Positions 20,702 through 30,039 of a stretch of DNA of 64,000 bases are shown here, piece by piece. Location: the NCBI GenBank assembly GCA_964438735.1, contig CAYTLW010000014.1:19635-83634 (forward strand). Direction: 5' to 3'. The position numbers were made by a program, and so were the translations under genes. The notes beneath the pieces are model-generated. The model was not told the DNA's origin, searched no databases, and was given only the letters and a program-made list of their open reading frames with translations. Origin of the DNA: an uncultured Enterobacteriaceae bacterium (GTDB lineage: Bacteria > Myxococcota_A > UBA9042). Position 1 is the stretch's first letter. Each line of letters begins with the position of its first letter.

Positions 20702-21898
20702 ATGGGGGTGGAGGCACCGGCCATCGACAAGCTGCGCACCACCGTTCGGATCAGTTTTGCCGCCGTCGCTGGGGCGGCCATGGCTTGGTGGTTGCTGGCC
20801 GGTCTGGCCTGGGTGATCGAGCGCGATCGGCCCAATCCGGCGGTGCAAGCGGCCAAGCAACGGCAAGCTGCGCGCGCCCACCAGGGCAAGCGGGCGCGTC
20901 GACTGACCGCCGTGGTGTTGCACAGGCCCAAGGCCAACAAGACCACGCAGCTCGTAGCGGCGGCGAAGAAAAAGAAGAAGAAGCCCAAGCCTGTGGAGAA
21001 GCTGGACGGCCAGGTGGTCGAGACCGCCCGACCCGAGCGCGAAGAGCGGGCGGCGGTGGCCAAGTACCTGGGCCGCTGGGATATGAAGGTCGAGCGCGAG
21101 CAGAAGAGCCGCGGCCAGAAGCGAAAGTCGCAGCAGCTGGGCAAGGTCCGCATCGACAAGCCGTCTCGCCTGCAGAGCCCGGACTCCAAGAGCAAGGCCC
21201 CGACCCGCATCGCGTCCCGGCAGCAACGGCGCAAGAAGCGCGTGCCCAAGGGCAACAAGCTCAAGTCCACCAAGGCGGAGGCGAAGAGTCCGGGAGAGGG
21301 CGCTCTGGCCAAGGCGGGGGTGGCCAAAGATGGGCCCGGCATTCGGCGCGGCGGCGGACAGGACAAGCCTACCCCCAAACAGCCCTCGGTCATCCGCGGG
21401 GCCCACAGCGACATGCTGCTGCCGGCTACCTCACCGGGCAACATCCTGCACAACATCCAAGCGCTCGCCGGCAGCCCGGGCAGCGACGACTACCTGCCCC
21501 AGGTGCTCGACGAAGGCGACACCAACCTGCTGAACACGCGCAAGTTCCGCTATTGGGACTTCTTCCAGCGGGTCAAGGATCGCGTGCGCTCAGAGTGGAA
21601 TCCGGCCAGCGTCTGGCGTTCTCGCGATCCGACTGGCAAGCGATACGGTGTGCGCGATCGGCTGACGGTGGTGAGGGTGACACTGGACCCCGATGGCGCG
21701 CTCAAAGCCATCCGCGTAGCCCAGCGATCCGGCCTGCCCTTCCTTGACGACGAGGCGCGACGTGCCTTCACTGCTGCTGGCCCGTATCCGAATCCGCCGC
21801 GGGGGCTGATGAATGGCCAAGGCGTCGTCGAGTTCAAGTTTGGCTTCATGTTCGAAATCTCCTCGGCCCGCTTCCGCTTCTACCGCATGGGGCAATGA
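20702..21898 (+). CDS. TonB C-terminal-domain protein (energy-transducer TonB family)
   Basis: N-terminal TM, long K/R/P-rich linker, C-terminal FFQRVKDRVRSEW...VTLDPDG...SG..FLDDEARRAF..AGPYPNPP. Confidence 0.85.
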   Translation: MGVEAPAIDKLRTTVRISFAAVAGAAMAWWLLAGLAWVIERDRPNPAVQAAKQRQAARAHQGKRARRLTAVVLHRPKANKTTQLVAAAKKKKKKPKPVEKLDGQVVETARPEREERAAVAKYLGRWDMKVEREQKSRGQKRKSQQLGKVRIDKPSRLQSPDSKSKAPTRIASRQQRRKKRVPKGNKLKSTKAEAKSPGEGALAKAGVAKDGPGIRRGGGQDKPTPKQPSVIRGAHSDMLLPATSPGNILHNIQALAGSPGSDDYLPQVLDEGDTNLLNTRKFRYWDFFQRVKDRVRSEWNPASVWRSRDPTGKRYGVRDRLTVVRVTLDPDGALKAIRVAQRSGLPFLDDEARRAFTAAGPYPNPPRGLMNGQGVVEFKFGFMFEISSARFRFYRMGQ

Positions 21899-21908
21899 GC
21901 GCCCCCGT

Positions 21909-23015
21909 ATGAAGCGCCGCCTGTCGTCAGGTGCCCTGTTGTTGTTGGCGGCGTTCTTCTTCGCGACCCCCTCGCTACAGGCCAAGACAGCAGCCTCCAG
22001 TCCGGGGCTGACGCTGCATATCCAGCTACACGACCTGGATGCCCGCCGCCGTCCGCCCCTGGAACGCCTGACGCGGCGCGCCCTGCGCGATGTGGAGAGC
22101 GTGCTGCACGCCCGACTGGAGGGCGACCTGCACGTGGACTTTGTGGGCAGCGACACGGCCTTCCGCAAGGTGGTCAAGGCCAATGGCGGCGGCGCCGGAC
22201 ATTCCGAACCGTGGATCGCCGGCCTGGCGATGCTGCATTCCGACCGCGTGATCGTTCGCCTGGGCGGCCACGGGCTGCTGCGCACCTCGGAGGTCACCCG
22301 TCACGAGATCGCCCACGTGGCCATCCACGCCCTGGCGGGACAGCGCTGGCTGCCCCGCTGGTACCACGAGGGGGTGTCCATGCTGGTCGCGGGCGAGGCC
22401 ACCTTCGATCGTCTCAAGGAAGGGATCGGCGCCGCCGCATTTGGCCAGTTGGATGACCTCGGCAACCTCGATCGTGGCTTCCAGGGCAACCGCATCGCAG
22501 CGGAACGGGCCTACGCGGTCTCAGCCGGCTTCCTGCGCTTCGCCGTGCGCCGCACCGGGAAATCTTCGGCGCTGGCGGATATGCACCGCCGCATGGCGCT
22601 GGGTCTCGACTTCGGGCCTGCCTTTATCGCTACGTTTGGTCTGTCACCAGACTCCCTGTTCGAGATCTACAGCCACTACATCAGCACCTCGTCCAACCGC
22701 TGGACGGCGATGCTGACGGAGTCGGCGATCTGGTCCCTGCTCTCGGTCCTGTTCATGTTCGCCATGTTGCTGGGCTGGCTGCGACGGCCAAGCATGGAGC
22801 CCGACGAACCCATGGACCTGGCAGCCATCGCACACGCCGGCGAGGCGGCCATGCGCAGCGGTCGTTTGTGGCAACCGCCGCCGGTGGAAAGCGACGCTGA
22901 GGCCGATCCGACACCGCCCCAGGCGCCCGCTGAAGGCATGCGGGCCCAGCGTCCGGGACCGGGCGCCATGCGGGTATCCCACGACGATCCGGAAGAGTCT
23001 TTCGAGATCCATTGA
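21909..23015 (+). CDS. peptidase MA-family zinc metalloprotein (exported, C-terminal TM)
   Basis: Signal peptide, HEIAH (HExxH), PRWYHEGVS, TM near the C-terminus. Confidence 0.8.
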   Translation: MKRRLSSGALLLLAAFFFATPSLQAKTAASSPGLTLHIQLHDLDARRRPPLERLTRRALRDVESVLHARLEGDLHVDFVGSDTAFRKVVKANGGGAGHSEPWIAGLAMLHSDRVIVRLGGHGLLRTSEVTRHEIAHVAIHALAGQRWLPRWYHEGVSMLVAGEATFDRLKEGIGAAAFGQLDDLGNLDRGFQGNRIAAERAYAVSAGFLRFAVRRTGKSSALADMHRRMALGLDFGPAFIATFGLSPDSLFEIYSHYISTSSNRWTAMLTESAIWSLLSVLFMFAMLLGWLRRPSMEPDEPMDLAAIAHAGEAAMRSGRLWQPPPVESDAEADPTPPQAPAEGMRAQRPGPGAMRVSHDDPEESFEIH

Positions 23016-23069
23016 GTTGCCCACCCATCGGCCGCTTGATCGCCATCGATCCGCCCGTCCGAAAACCCG

Positions 23070-23099
23070 TTGACAGCCCGATCCACCGCTGCCTATAAG
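23070..23099 (+). promoter_or_regulatory. sigma70-like promoter
   Basis: TTGACA-N18-TATAAG upstream of 23180. Confidence 0.6.
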
Positions 23100-23179
23100 C
23101 GAGCGCAACAGCCCCGAGCCCCGGCCCGATCCCATCGCCGGCGCGTCCCTGCAGCCACCTCAATCGCCGCGCGCCGACC

Positions 23180-24412
23180 ATGACCCCAAGCCCCATCCGC
23201 CTGCGCCCTCACCTGCTCCGCCGCATTCACCTGCGCGCGTTGCTGACGGCCATGGACGGGGTGCAGGATCGCCTCAACCAGGCCGATGTACTCGAAGCCG
23301 CCGGGCGGTTCTTCGATCGTCGCTTCGAGGACGGTGAAGAGCTGTCACGCTGGCTGCGCGAGCGCGAGGCGCACACGCAGTTCCATCCGTGGCTGCTTTG
23401 GGACGCCCGCCTGGCCACTGGCCGCATGGGCGCCCGCTTGCTGCGTAGCCAATTGGCCAGCGGCGGCGCCGATCGCGAGGTCGCCGAGGCCCTGCTCGCC
23501 ACCGAGGCGACGGTCTACCAGGTGATCGGCACCAACGAACACAGCACGGTGGTCGAGCGTGTCGCGGACGGCCGCTGCCTGGCCCTGGATGAGCCTGTGC
23601 TGCAGGCGGTGTCGACCCAGGGCGAGCTCCTGGTAGCGCGAATCCTGGATCTGGGCGATTGCCACCTGCTGGACGCAGTGCACGCCTGCCTGCCGCCGGC
23701 GGGCCGACCCGCCATGGTGCGGGCGGCCCGCAAGGTGACGACCCTGCCGGCTGAAGATCGCCTGCCCAAGTTGCTGGCCGCGGCCTCACGTGCCATGCGC
23801 CGGCTGGTGGACGACCTGTCGCCCCTGACCGGACCGGAGGGAGAGCCGCTGGTGCGCGCCACCCTGGTCTTCGAGGGCACCGACCGCGAGACGGTCGACC
23901 GGTTGATGGGCGCTGCCGCCCAACGTGGCGACCTGCTGCGACGCCGGCCCGGCCACTACGTGATCGCGCGGCAGAGTTTCGGCCACGTGGGCGCCAGCCT
24001 GCGCACCGTGGGCCGACGCCTGCACGTGACCACCAGTTCGGTGAGCCGCCTGGAGCGTATCCGCACCGATCTGGAGGCAGCCCTGCCCGAGCTGCGCTAC
24101 CGCCTGACCCTGCTGCGTGACCTGAACGCCCTGCTGGGCGCCGACCTCGAAGAAGGGCGCGGCCACGAGGAGCTGGCCCGCCTGACCCAGGAATGGGTCG
24201 AGGAATATCTCAGCCGGTTCCAGGACACGCCGCAGCGCACATTGGACGATATGACGCCGCGCGAGGCCGTCCGCACGCGCCGCGGTCGCGACAAGGTGCT
24301 GGCCATGTTGCGGTCAGTGGAGCGCGTATCCGAGACCGTCGGCGCCGACTGCCGCTCGCAGATGGACACGATCCTCAACGAGTTGGGCCGCCGCGCCGGC
24401 CGCGAGAGCTGA
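23180..24412 (+). CDS. hypothetical protein
   Basis: Long ORF with host-like codon use and a good promoter. C-terminal W...DTP...LDDMTPREA motif. Confidence 0.7.
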   Translation: MTPSPIRLRPHLLRRIHLRALLTAMDGVQDRLNQADVLEAAGRFFDRRFEDGEELSRWLREREAHTQFHPWLLWDARLATGRMGARLLRSQLASGGADREVAEALLATEATVYQVIGTNEHSTVVERVADGRCLALDEPVLQAVSTQGELLVARILDLGDCHLLDAVHACLPPAGRPAMVRAARKVTTLPAEDRLPKLLAAASRAMRRLVDDLSPLTGPEGEPLVRATLVFEGTDRETVDRLMGAAAQRGDLLRRRPGHYVIARQSFGHVGASLRTVGRRLHVTTSSVSRLERIRTDLEAALPELRYRLTLLRDLNALLGADLEEGRGHEELARLTQEWVEEYLSRFQDTPQRTLDDMTPREAVRTRRGRDKVLAMLRSVERVSETVGADCRSQMDTILNELGRRAGRES

Positions 24413-24450
24413 GCTCGGCAGCGCAACAAGCGGCAGACGGTGCCCCGCCC

Positions 24451-24711
24451 TCAGTGACCAATCGGCTCGAAGGCCTTGCAGAAGAGCGGCATCCCCGTGT
24501 CGTCGAGGATCTCGATCGGCTCCCGAAGCAGGAAGTCGTTCGGCCAGCCCTGGCTGCACTCGCCGCTGGGCAATTCAAAGCTGCAATCCGGACATCGCCA
24601 CTGCAAACCCATGGCCTCAGCCTCGGCGCGAAACTCTGCGTTGAGGCGATCGCGCACCTTCCCTGTGCCGAAGCGAGGCATGAAGGGAACCTTCAGGCGC
24701 GGTCGGTTCAT
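24451..24711 (-). CDS. small Cys-motif protein (CPDC..C..C)
   Basis: 86 aa. ATGA overlap with the stop of the upstream gene at 24708-24710. Confidence 0.65.
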   Translation of the reverse strand: MNRPRLKVPFMPRFGTGKVRDRLNAEFRAEAEAMGLQWRCPDCSFELPSGECSQGWPNDFLLREPIEILDDTGMPLFCKAFEPIGH

Positions 24712-25484
24712 CTGCGGGCCGCCAGCCAGCGCTTGAACTGAGCGATCAGGGCGCGTTCTTCGGCGGTCGCCGAGCGCTCGGCAGCTGCCAGATGGGCGAC
24801 TCGTTGGCCGCCGCTGCTGGCCAGGGCGCGCAGCATCGCCGCCCTCGCGCCGCCCCCCTTGTCGCCGACCAACCACAGTTGATCGCGCAGCGCGGCGCCC
24901 TTCTGCATTCGGATCAGGGCCAGGGCCACGCGCAGCTTGGACTCCTTGCCCGCCAGGGCGGCTTGGGCCACGAACCGTTCCGCCACCGCCGGCTGCCCGG
25001 CCCGCACGCAACCGTCCACGGCCAGGTCCCGTAGAGCGGGCGCCGGCGCAAATACCTCACCCGCGGTGATCAACAGCGGGCGCGCGCCGCGCACATAACG
25101 CTTCAGGAATCGATCGATGGCCCGCGTATCGGCCCCCTGCCGCACGGGCCCATAGAAGAGCTTCGCGGCCTTGCGCATCAAGCCGACGCGCAGGCGCTCG
25201 GCCCCCTTGCACAGCCCAGACCAGCGCCCCTTGCGATGCGACCTGGCCAGCGGCCGCAATTCGACCCGTTCGCGCGTCGCTCCCGGCAGGGGATGCAGCG
25301 GTTGCCACTGGTGCAACAGGTCCCCGTCGGGCAGCGCTTTCGGCGACTGTGACGGCGTCGGTGGCGGAGCCGCTGGGGCGGGCTCGGCGGTCAACACGAT
25401 CAAGCCGATCAACGCCAGCGCGGCGGCCAACTGACCGAACGGCTGTCGAATCACTCCCTTCGGGCCAAGGCGAGCGTGCTTCAT
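24708..25484 (-). CDS. hypothetical exported protein
   Basis: Hydrophobic signal segment (LAAALALIGLIVLTAEPAPA), coupled to the downstream small ORF. Confidence 0.65.
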   Translation of the reverse strand: MKHARLGPKGVIRQPFGQLAAALALIGLIVLTAEPAPAAPPPTPSQSPKALPDGDLLHQWQPLHPLPGATRERVELRPLARSHRKGRWSGLCKGAERLRVGLMRKAAKLFYGPVRQGADTRAIDRFLKRYVRGARPLLITAGEVFAPAPALRDLAVDGCVRAGQPAVAERFVAQAALAGKESKLRVALALIRMQKGAALRDQLWLVGDKGGGARAAMLRALASSGGQRVAHLAAAERSATAEERALIAQFKRWLAARR

Positions 25485-25538
25485 CCCGTAGTCACCGTGC
25501 GCCAGATCGACGCCTCAATGGGCCCCTGGGCTGCCGTC

Positions 25539-25566
25539 TTGACACCCTCGCGCACCATCCTAACCT
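25539..25566 (+). promoter_or_regulatory. sigma70-like promoter of the ABC/Gld operon
   Basis: TTGACA-N16-TAACCT. Confidence 0.55.
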
Positions 25567-25792
25567 GCGGCCGGCCAACGCGACACCCCCCGCAACGGGC
25601 CATCGCAACGCGATCCCGTGGGGGCGAGTCGCAAACCAGGACCGATCGCACCTGGGAATGCCACGGCGACCCGGGGTGTTGGCTCGGCCCGAAAGGCATC
25701 TTAGATGCCCGTCATGGTCGGCCGTCGGTGGCCAGATGGTCCAACACCATCGCTACGGACAGCGGCTCATCCAGTTAGAAAAGGAGCACCAG

Positions 25793-26755
25793 ATGGCAGC
25801 ACAGCCCGTCATCAAGGTCGGCAACCTGAAGAAGATGTACGGCGACTTCGCCGCGCTCAAAGGCATCTCTTTCGAGGTTCAAGGCGGCCAGATTCTCGGC
25901 CTGCTGGGCCCCAACGGCGCCGGCAAATCCACAGCCATGAAGATCCTGACCAGCTTCATCTCGGCCACCGAGGGCGAGGTGGAGATCGATGGCATCGACC
26001 TGTTCTCCGATCCCATCGAGATCCGTCGACGCATCGGCTACCTGCCCGAAACCACGCCGCTGTATACCGACATGTTGGTCTACGACTACCTGCAATACGC
26101 CGGTGAGATGCGCGGCATCTCCAAGGATGAGTGCAGCAAGAAGATCCACGACCTGGCCCGCAAGATCGGCTTCGTCGAGAAGATCGGAATGCCCATCAGC
26201 ACGCTGTCCAAGGGCTACCGGCAGCGCATCGGGCTGGCCCAGGCGTTGCTGCACAATCCCAAGATCCTGATCCTGGACGAGCCCACCTCGGGCCTGGACC
26301 CCAACCAGATCGTCGAGATCCGCAAGCTGATCAAAGAGCTGGGCAAAGATCACACGATCATCTTGTCGACCCACATCCTGCCCGAGGTGCGCGCCACCTG
26401 CGATCGCATCGTGATCGTGCACCACGGCGAAGTGGTGGCCGACGGCTCCATCGAAGAGCTGGACGGCCGCGTCACCGATACGCACGTGATGATCGTGTCG
26501 GTGGCCGATAAGGATGGCATCGAGACGGACGCCGTCACCGCTGAACTGGCCGCCCTGGACGGTGTGATTGGCGCCCGCGTCAGCGGCTTCGGCAACGCGC
26601 CGGTGCCCCACCACGACTTCGAGGTCGACGCCAAGGCGGACCTGCGCACCGCGCTATTCGACTGGGCCCGCAACGGCGGCCATACGCTCCTGGAGCTGCG
26701 CCGCAAGGGCATGGATCTCGAGAGCATCTTCCAACGGCTCACGCAAGAGGCATGA
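25793..26755 (+). CDS. ABC transporter ATP-binding protein (GldA-like)
   Basis: GPNGAGKST Walker A, LSKGYRQR signature, ILILDEPTSGLDPNQ, STHIL. AAGGAG RBS. Confidence 0.95.
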   Translation: MAAQPVIKVGNLKKMYGDFAALKGISFEVQGGQILGLLGPNGAGKSTAMKILTSFISATEGEVEIDGIDLFSDPIEIRRRIGYLPETTPLYTDMLVYDYLQYAGEMRGISKDECSKKIHDLARKIGFVEKIGMPISTLSKGYRQRIGLAQALLHNPKILILDEPTSGLDPNQIVEIRKLIKELGKDHTIILSTHILPEVRATCDRIVIVHHGEVVADGSIEELDGRVTDTHVMIVSVADKDGIETDAVTAELAALDGVIGARVSGFGNAPVPHHDFEVDAKADLRTALFDWARNGGHTLLELRRKGMDLESIFQRLTQEA

Positions 26756-26768
26756 GGAGGACCCGACG

Positions 26769-27500
26769 ATGAAGCAGATCTGGATCATCGCGAAACGGGA
26801 GACGGCGGCGACCTTTGACTCGCCCATCGCCTACATCGCGGCCACTGTCTTTCTGATCGCCACTGGCCTGATGTTCTTCTTTGGCATCGACGGCTCGGCG
26901 GACTTCTTCGAATCGCGGCAGGCAACGCTCCGGCCGCTCTTCGACTCGGCGCCATGGGTGCTGGCGGTCATCCTGCCGGCGGTCACCATGCGACTGGTCA
27001 GCGAGGAGCGCAAAGCCGGCACATTGGAGCTGCTGGTCACCCTGCCAGTGAGCGATTTGACCATCGTGCTGGGCAAACTGCTCGGCTCCATCGGCTTCCT
27101 GGTGGTGGCTTTGGGGCTGACGCTGGTCTTCCCCCTGCTGGTGATCATCGTCGGCGATCCGGACGTGGGCGCCATCATCGGCGGCTACATCGGCCTGCTG
27201 CTGATCGGCATCACGTTCCTGGCCTTGGGCCTGATGACCTCGACCCTGACAGAGAACCAGATCGTGGCCTTCATCCTGGGGCTGCTGCTCTGCGTCTTCT
27301 TCTGGACCGCCACGGACGCGCTCATCAAGCTCGCCTTCGAGCGCCCACCCACCGCCCTGCTGCTGCTCACCTTCAAAAACCAGTTCAACGCCTTCGCCAA
27401 GGGCGTCGTCGACATGCGCAACGTCATCTATTTCGGCTCGGTCACCGCCGTGGCCGTCATCGCATCGACGTACTCGCTCAAGTCGCGCAACTGGAAGTAG
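26769..27500 (+). CDS. ABC transporter permease (GldF-like)
   Basis: IAKRE...FDSPIAY, TMRLVSEERKAGTLELLVTLP, STLTENQIVA, six TM segments. Confidence 0.93.
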   Translation: MKQIWIIAKRETAATFDSPIAYIAATVFLIATGLMFFFGIDGSADFFESRQATLRPLFDSAPWVLAVILPAVTMRLVSEERKAGTLELLVTLPVSDLTIVLGKLLGSIGFLVVALGLTLVFPLLVIIVGDPDVGAIIGGYIGLLLIGITFLALGLMTSTLTENQIVAFILGLLLCVFFWTATDALIKLAFERPPTALLLLTFKNQFNAFAKGVVDMRNVIYFGSVTAVAVIASTYSLKSRNWK

Positions 27501-27513
27501 TCGGAGGCCACCC

Positions 27514-29973
27514 ATGAAAAGCAAGCATAAGCTCCGCATCCGCACCGACGCCCTGGTCCTGCTGGTCGCTTCCATCGGCGTCGCCATCGTGCTCAACGCC
27601 CTGGTGCTGCGCGTACCGGCGCGCCTGGACCTGACCCGCAACAAGGTGCACACCCTGTCCGACGCCAGCGTCGAGGCGACCCGCGCGCTCGAAGGCGTGA
27701 CCGTCATCGCCTACATCAGCAAGAAGCTGCCGGAGACCATCCCGACCCAGTTCGGCAAGATCTCGGTCAAAGGCATCGACCGGGCCTTCCGTGACAAGCT
27801 CGAAGAGTACGCTGCCGCATCCGAAGGCAAGATCCGGCTGGTCTACGCCGACGTGGACAACCCCGGCCAGGGCACCATCGAGGAGCAGGCTGAGGCGGCC
27901 AAACTGGACATGTTCTCGTCCACTGAAGCCGCCGTGGAGGGCAACCAGCTCAAGTTCGCCCGCTACGCCATGGGCGCGACCCTGCACTACAAGTCGGTGC
28001 GTGAGGTCTTTCCCAAGGCGCTGGAGCCGGGCTTCTTCGAGTTCGAGCTCACCAAGCGCCTGCTCCGCCTCAAGGAGAAGTACGACCAGGGCCTGCTGAT
28101 GAAGGACCTGCTCGCCGACGGCAAAAAGGTCTTCGAGGCGGTCGACAAGTGCAACAAGAAGGTCCAGGAGATCGGCAAGGTCGAGGAGAAGAAGGACGCC
28201 ACTGGCGGGTTGTCGCTGGCGGCGACCAAGGTGGACCCGGCCCAGAAGCGGGTCAAAGCGCTCCAGGGAGCCAAAACCGATCTGGAGGCCGCCTGCGGCC
28301 CAGCGATCAACGGCCTGGCGTCCGCCGAGGCATCGCTCAAGGGCCGCAACCCCTTCGTCGACAACCTGCTGGCGACGGCAGGGCAGTTCAAGAGCGTCTA
28401 TGCCGAGATGAACAAGTACCTGGCCGGTCAGGGACAGGGCAAAGGCCAGGTGCCCACCCACATGGCCGTAGCCCAGCTCATGGGACTGCTCGAACAGCTC
28501 GCCGGCGAGGTCGACAAACGGCACACAACCCTGACCGACAGCCCGGGCCAGAAGAAGATCGGCTTCCTCTGCGGCCACGGCGAGTTCTGTCCCTTCGCCG
28601 AGAAGGATCAGCTGGTCGATGCGCAGCTCGGCATGATGTTGCAGAACAACCCGATGATGAAGAACATCGTCGACACCGCCAAGCAGATGTCCACGGCCAT
28701 CGACCAGACCAACTCGCGCATCGGCGACGGCTTGTTCGGCAAGGCCGGCTTCGCCATCACCAAGGTGGCCTCGGGTTCGCCGATTTCGGACGACGTCAGC
28801 GCGTTGATCATCTACGCCCCGCGGCTCAAGATCCCGGAATATGATCGCTACCAGATCGACCAGTTCCTGATCAGCGGTCGGCCCGTGGCCGTGCTCGCCC
28901 AGCAATGGGAAGTGGCCGTCAACAACCTCAAGGCGCCGACCGAGATCGGCCAGGACATGCTGGTCAACTACAGCGGCATGAGCCGCACTGACAGCAACAT
29001 CGGCGACATCCTCAAAGGCTACGGCATCGAGTTGGGCAACGACATCGTGCTCGACAGCGAGCACGTCGACACCCTGCGGGTCATGGAGTACCAGAATCGC
29101 GGCGGCCTGACCTTCCAGACCCAGCGCGACTTCCCCTACGCGATGATCCCGGTCGCCAGCGACTTCTCCCAGGAACACGCCCTGACGCGCTCCATCCACT
29201 CCCTGTCCATCCCCTTCGTCACCAGCGTGAAGGCCTCCGACGCCCTCAAGGCGGACAAGACCTTCGAAGTCTTCGACCTGATCAAGACGTCGGATACTTC
29301 GCTGGCACGCCCGGGCACCTTCGAGGTCAACCCCATCGGATTGCGCGACGAAGTGGTCACGCTCAAGCCCAACGGCCCGCACACCGTGGCCGTGCTGGTG
29401 CGCGGACCCTTCAAGTCTGCTTTCGCCGGCAAAGAGATCCCCAAGCGCCCCAAGAAAAAGAAGAAGGCCTCCCCCTTCCCCATGCCCGACGAAGAAAAGG
29501 ACGAGACCGAGACCGATCGCGAGCTCGCCAAGCGCCGATTCAAGGGCCAGGGCGCCGGCCAACTGCTGGTGGTGGCCTCCAACCTCGGCATCGAGGGCCT
29601 GACCCGCGAGACGGTGCTGGCCGGCTTCACCGCCACCAAGGTGGCCAAGTTCTCGGTCGAGGCCCTCAAGTCCTACCAGGAGTGGCAGGCCAACTTCCAG
29701 AACTGGCAGATCCGCATCGGCCAGGTCTCGCACCTGCTGCAGGATAACCTGCGCTTCATCAGCAACATCATGGACTGGTCCACCGCCCACGAGGCGCTGG
29801 TGGACATCCGCAGCAAGGGCGACACGCGCCGCCCCATGCGCGAGGTGAAGCCGGACGAGGCGCGCAATATGCGCCTGGCCGCCATCCTCGGCGCGCCGCT
29901 CCTGCTGCTGCTTTTCGGCTTCCTGCGCCTGCAGATGCGCCGGCGCCGCTCCGAGCGGCTGCAGAAGGGTTGA
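27514..29973 (+). CDS. GldG-family ABC auxiliary protein with large helical insertion
   Basis: RLDLTRNKVHTLSDAS, KKIGFLCGHGE, YQIDQFLISG, C-terminal TM + RRRR. Confidence 0.88.
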   Translation: MKSKHKLRIRTDALVLLVASIGVAIVLNALVLRVPARLDLTRNKVHTLSDASVEATRALEGVTVIAYISKKLPETIPTQFGKISVKGIDRAFRDKLEEYAAASEGKIRLVYADVDNPGQGTIEEQAEAAKLDMFSSTEAAVEGNQLKFARYAMGATLHYKSVREVFPKALEPGFFEFELTKRLLRLKEKYDQGLLMKDLLADGKKVFEAVDKCNKKVQEIGKVEEKKDATGGLSLAATKVDPAQKRVKALQGAKTDLEAACGPAINGLASAEASLKGRNPFVDNLLATAGQFKSVYAEMNKYLAGQGQGKGQVPTHMAVAQLMGLLEQLAGEVDKRHTTLTDSPGQKKIGFLCGHGEFCPFAEKDQLVDAQLGMMLQNNPMMKNIVDTAKQMSTAIDQTNSRIGDGLFGKAGFAITKVASGSPISDDVSALIIYAPRLKIPEYDRYQIDQFLISGRPVAVLAQQWEVAVNNLKAPTEIGQDMLVNYSGMSRTDSNIGDILKGYGIELGNDIVLDSEHVDTLRVMEYQNRGGLTFQTQRDFPYAMIPVASDFSQEHALTRSIHSLSIPFVTSVKASDALKADKTFEVFDLIKTSDTSLARPGTFEVNPIGLRDEVVTLKPNGPHTVAVLVRGPFKSAFAGKEIPKRPKKKKKASPFPMPDEEKDETETDRELAKRRFKGQGAGQLLVVASNLGIEGLTRETVLAGFTATKVAKFSVEALKSYQEWQANFQNWQIRIGQVSHLLQDNLRFISNIMDWSTAHEALVDIRSKGDTRRPMREVKPDEARNMRLAAILGAPLLLLLFGFLRLQMRRRRSERLQKG

Positions 29974-30039
29974 TCACAGGGCCACGATCAGATCGATTGG
30001 CGACGTCCAGGCGACGTCGACTTTGAGAAGGAAGGTGTC

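Noticed and set aside
25628-25680. c-di-GMP-I (GEMM) riboswitch suggested by GCAAACC...GG
   Set aside because: Lacks the GNRA tetraloop and the GACGCAAAG junction. The match is too weak.
27478-29790. 770-aa antisense ORF over gldG, and similar long shadow ORFs (1291-3189, 48710-50371, 50597-52693, 53603-55453, 57166-59091, 45060-47009)
   Set aside because: They lie opposite clearly recognisable genes in high-GC DNA, where stop codons are scarce. No motifs, RBS or signal logic.
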